Both the position numbers and the translations under genes were made by a program. Shown here piece after piece: positions 63,572 through 64,000 of a stretch of 64,000 bases of DNA (position 1 is its first letter; each line of letters starts with the position of its first letter). The notes under the pieces are model-generated. The model saw only the letters and a list, made by a program, of their open reading frames with translations, did no database searches and had not been told where the DNA came from. The DNA comes from a virus, in IMG/VR virus record IMGVR_UViG_3300038595_000014; one strand, given 5' to 3'.

Positions 63572-63964
63572 GTGAAGAGAACAGGGTTTAAGTCACGCGG
63601 CAAACCGTTACGCCGAACTGCTCTAGGCAAGAAGCCCAAGCCAATGAAGCAGATCAGCGACAGCCGCAAGAAGTACCGTAATAGCGCAGAGGGTAAAGCC
63701 GCCGCCGAATACATGGCTAAGGTCAAGCAGCTCCCCTGTGCTATTACTGGCAAGGCAGGCCCGTCAGACGTCCATCACTGTATTAGCGGTAGATACGGCT
63801 CACGCAAGGCCAGCGACTGGGACGTTATCCCCCTGTGCGTTGAACTACACCGCCACCCGTACCCTGACGCCATCCACACGAACAAGCGCGCATGGGAAGA
63901 GAAGCACGGGCCGGATACGGATTACATAGAGCAGACACGCAAGCTAGTAGAGGATATGGATTGA
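63572..63964 (+). CDS. HNH-like / Ref-DUF968-type nuclease
   Basis: LPCAITG...DVHH...VIPLCVELH betabetaalpha-metal pattern. Confidence 0.65.
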   Translation: MKRTGFKSRGKPLRRTALGKKPKPMKQISDSRKKYRNSAEGKAAAEYMAKVKQLPCAITGKAGPSDVHHCISGRYGSRKASDWDVIPLCVELHRHPYPDAIHTNKRAWEEKHGPDTDYIEQTRKLVEDMD

Positions 63965-64000
63965 GATGTTTAAATGGCTGAAGGATCTTTTTGCATCCGC

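Noticed and set aside
1-64000. Diversity-generating retroelement, retron or anti-CRISPR locus
   Set aside because: No reverse transcriptase (YxDD) ORF, no template/variable repeat pair in the fibre genes, and no recognisable acr/aca pair.

Overview
This window is most of the genome of a tailed dsDNA phage with podovirus-type morphogenesis genes: a T7 gp8-like portal, tail tubular proteins A and B, and three large internal virion proteins. The host is most likely an alphaproteobacterium, probably Rhodobacteraceae (inferred from GapR/DUF2312, the XRE regulator type, the SSB and a class II RNR). Layout from left to right: tRNA-Arg, RNA ligase and nucleotide metabolism (thyA, intein-split nrdJ, HAD, dut); accessory genes; an ~840-nt ORF-free, densely base-paired region; SPFH gene; DNA methyltransferase; lysis cassette; cluster of small basic proteins; tail, virion, capsid and portal genes; intein-split terminase; replication genes (primase, helicase, HTH initiator, SSB); and rightward recombination genes. 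No integrase, DNA polymerase, CRISPR array or reverse transcriptase is visible. The top candidate for a new system is the 10.1-10.9 kb putative large structured ncRNA, which contains two copies of a helix-helix-pseudoknot module with compensatory base changes. A second GNRA-rich structured region lies on the other side of the SPFH operon. Other leads: a probable -1 frameshift in a tail gene, a CTTAACATG motif in front of late genes, a hairpin with an anti-Shine-Dalgarno loop, and a class 3 intein in the terminase Walker A motif. All family assignments come from motif recognition by eye; no database search or folding program was run.
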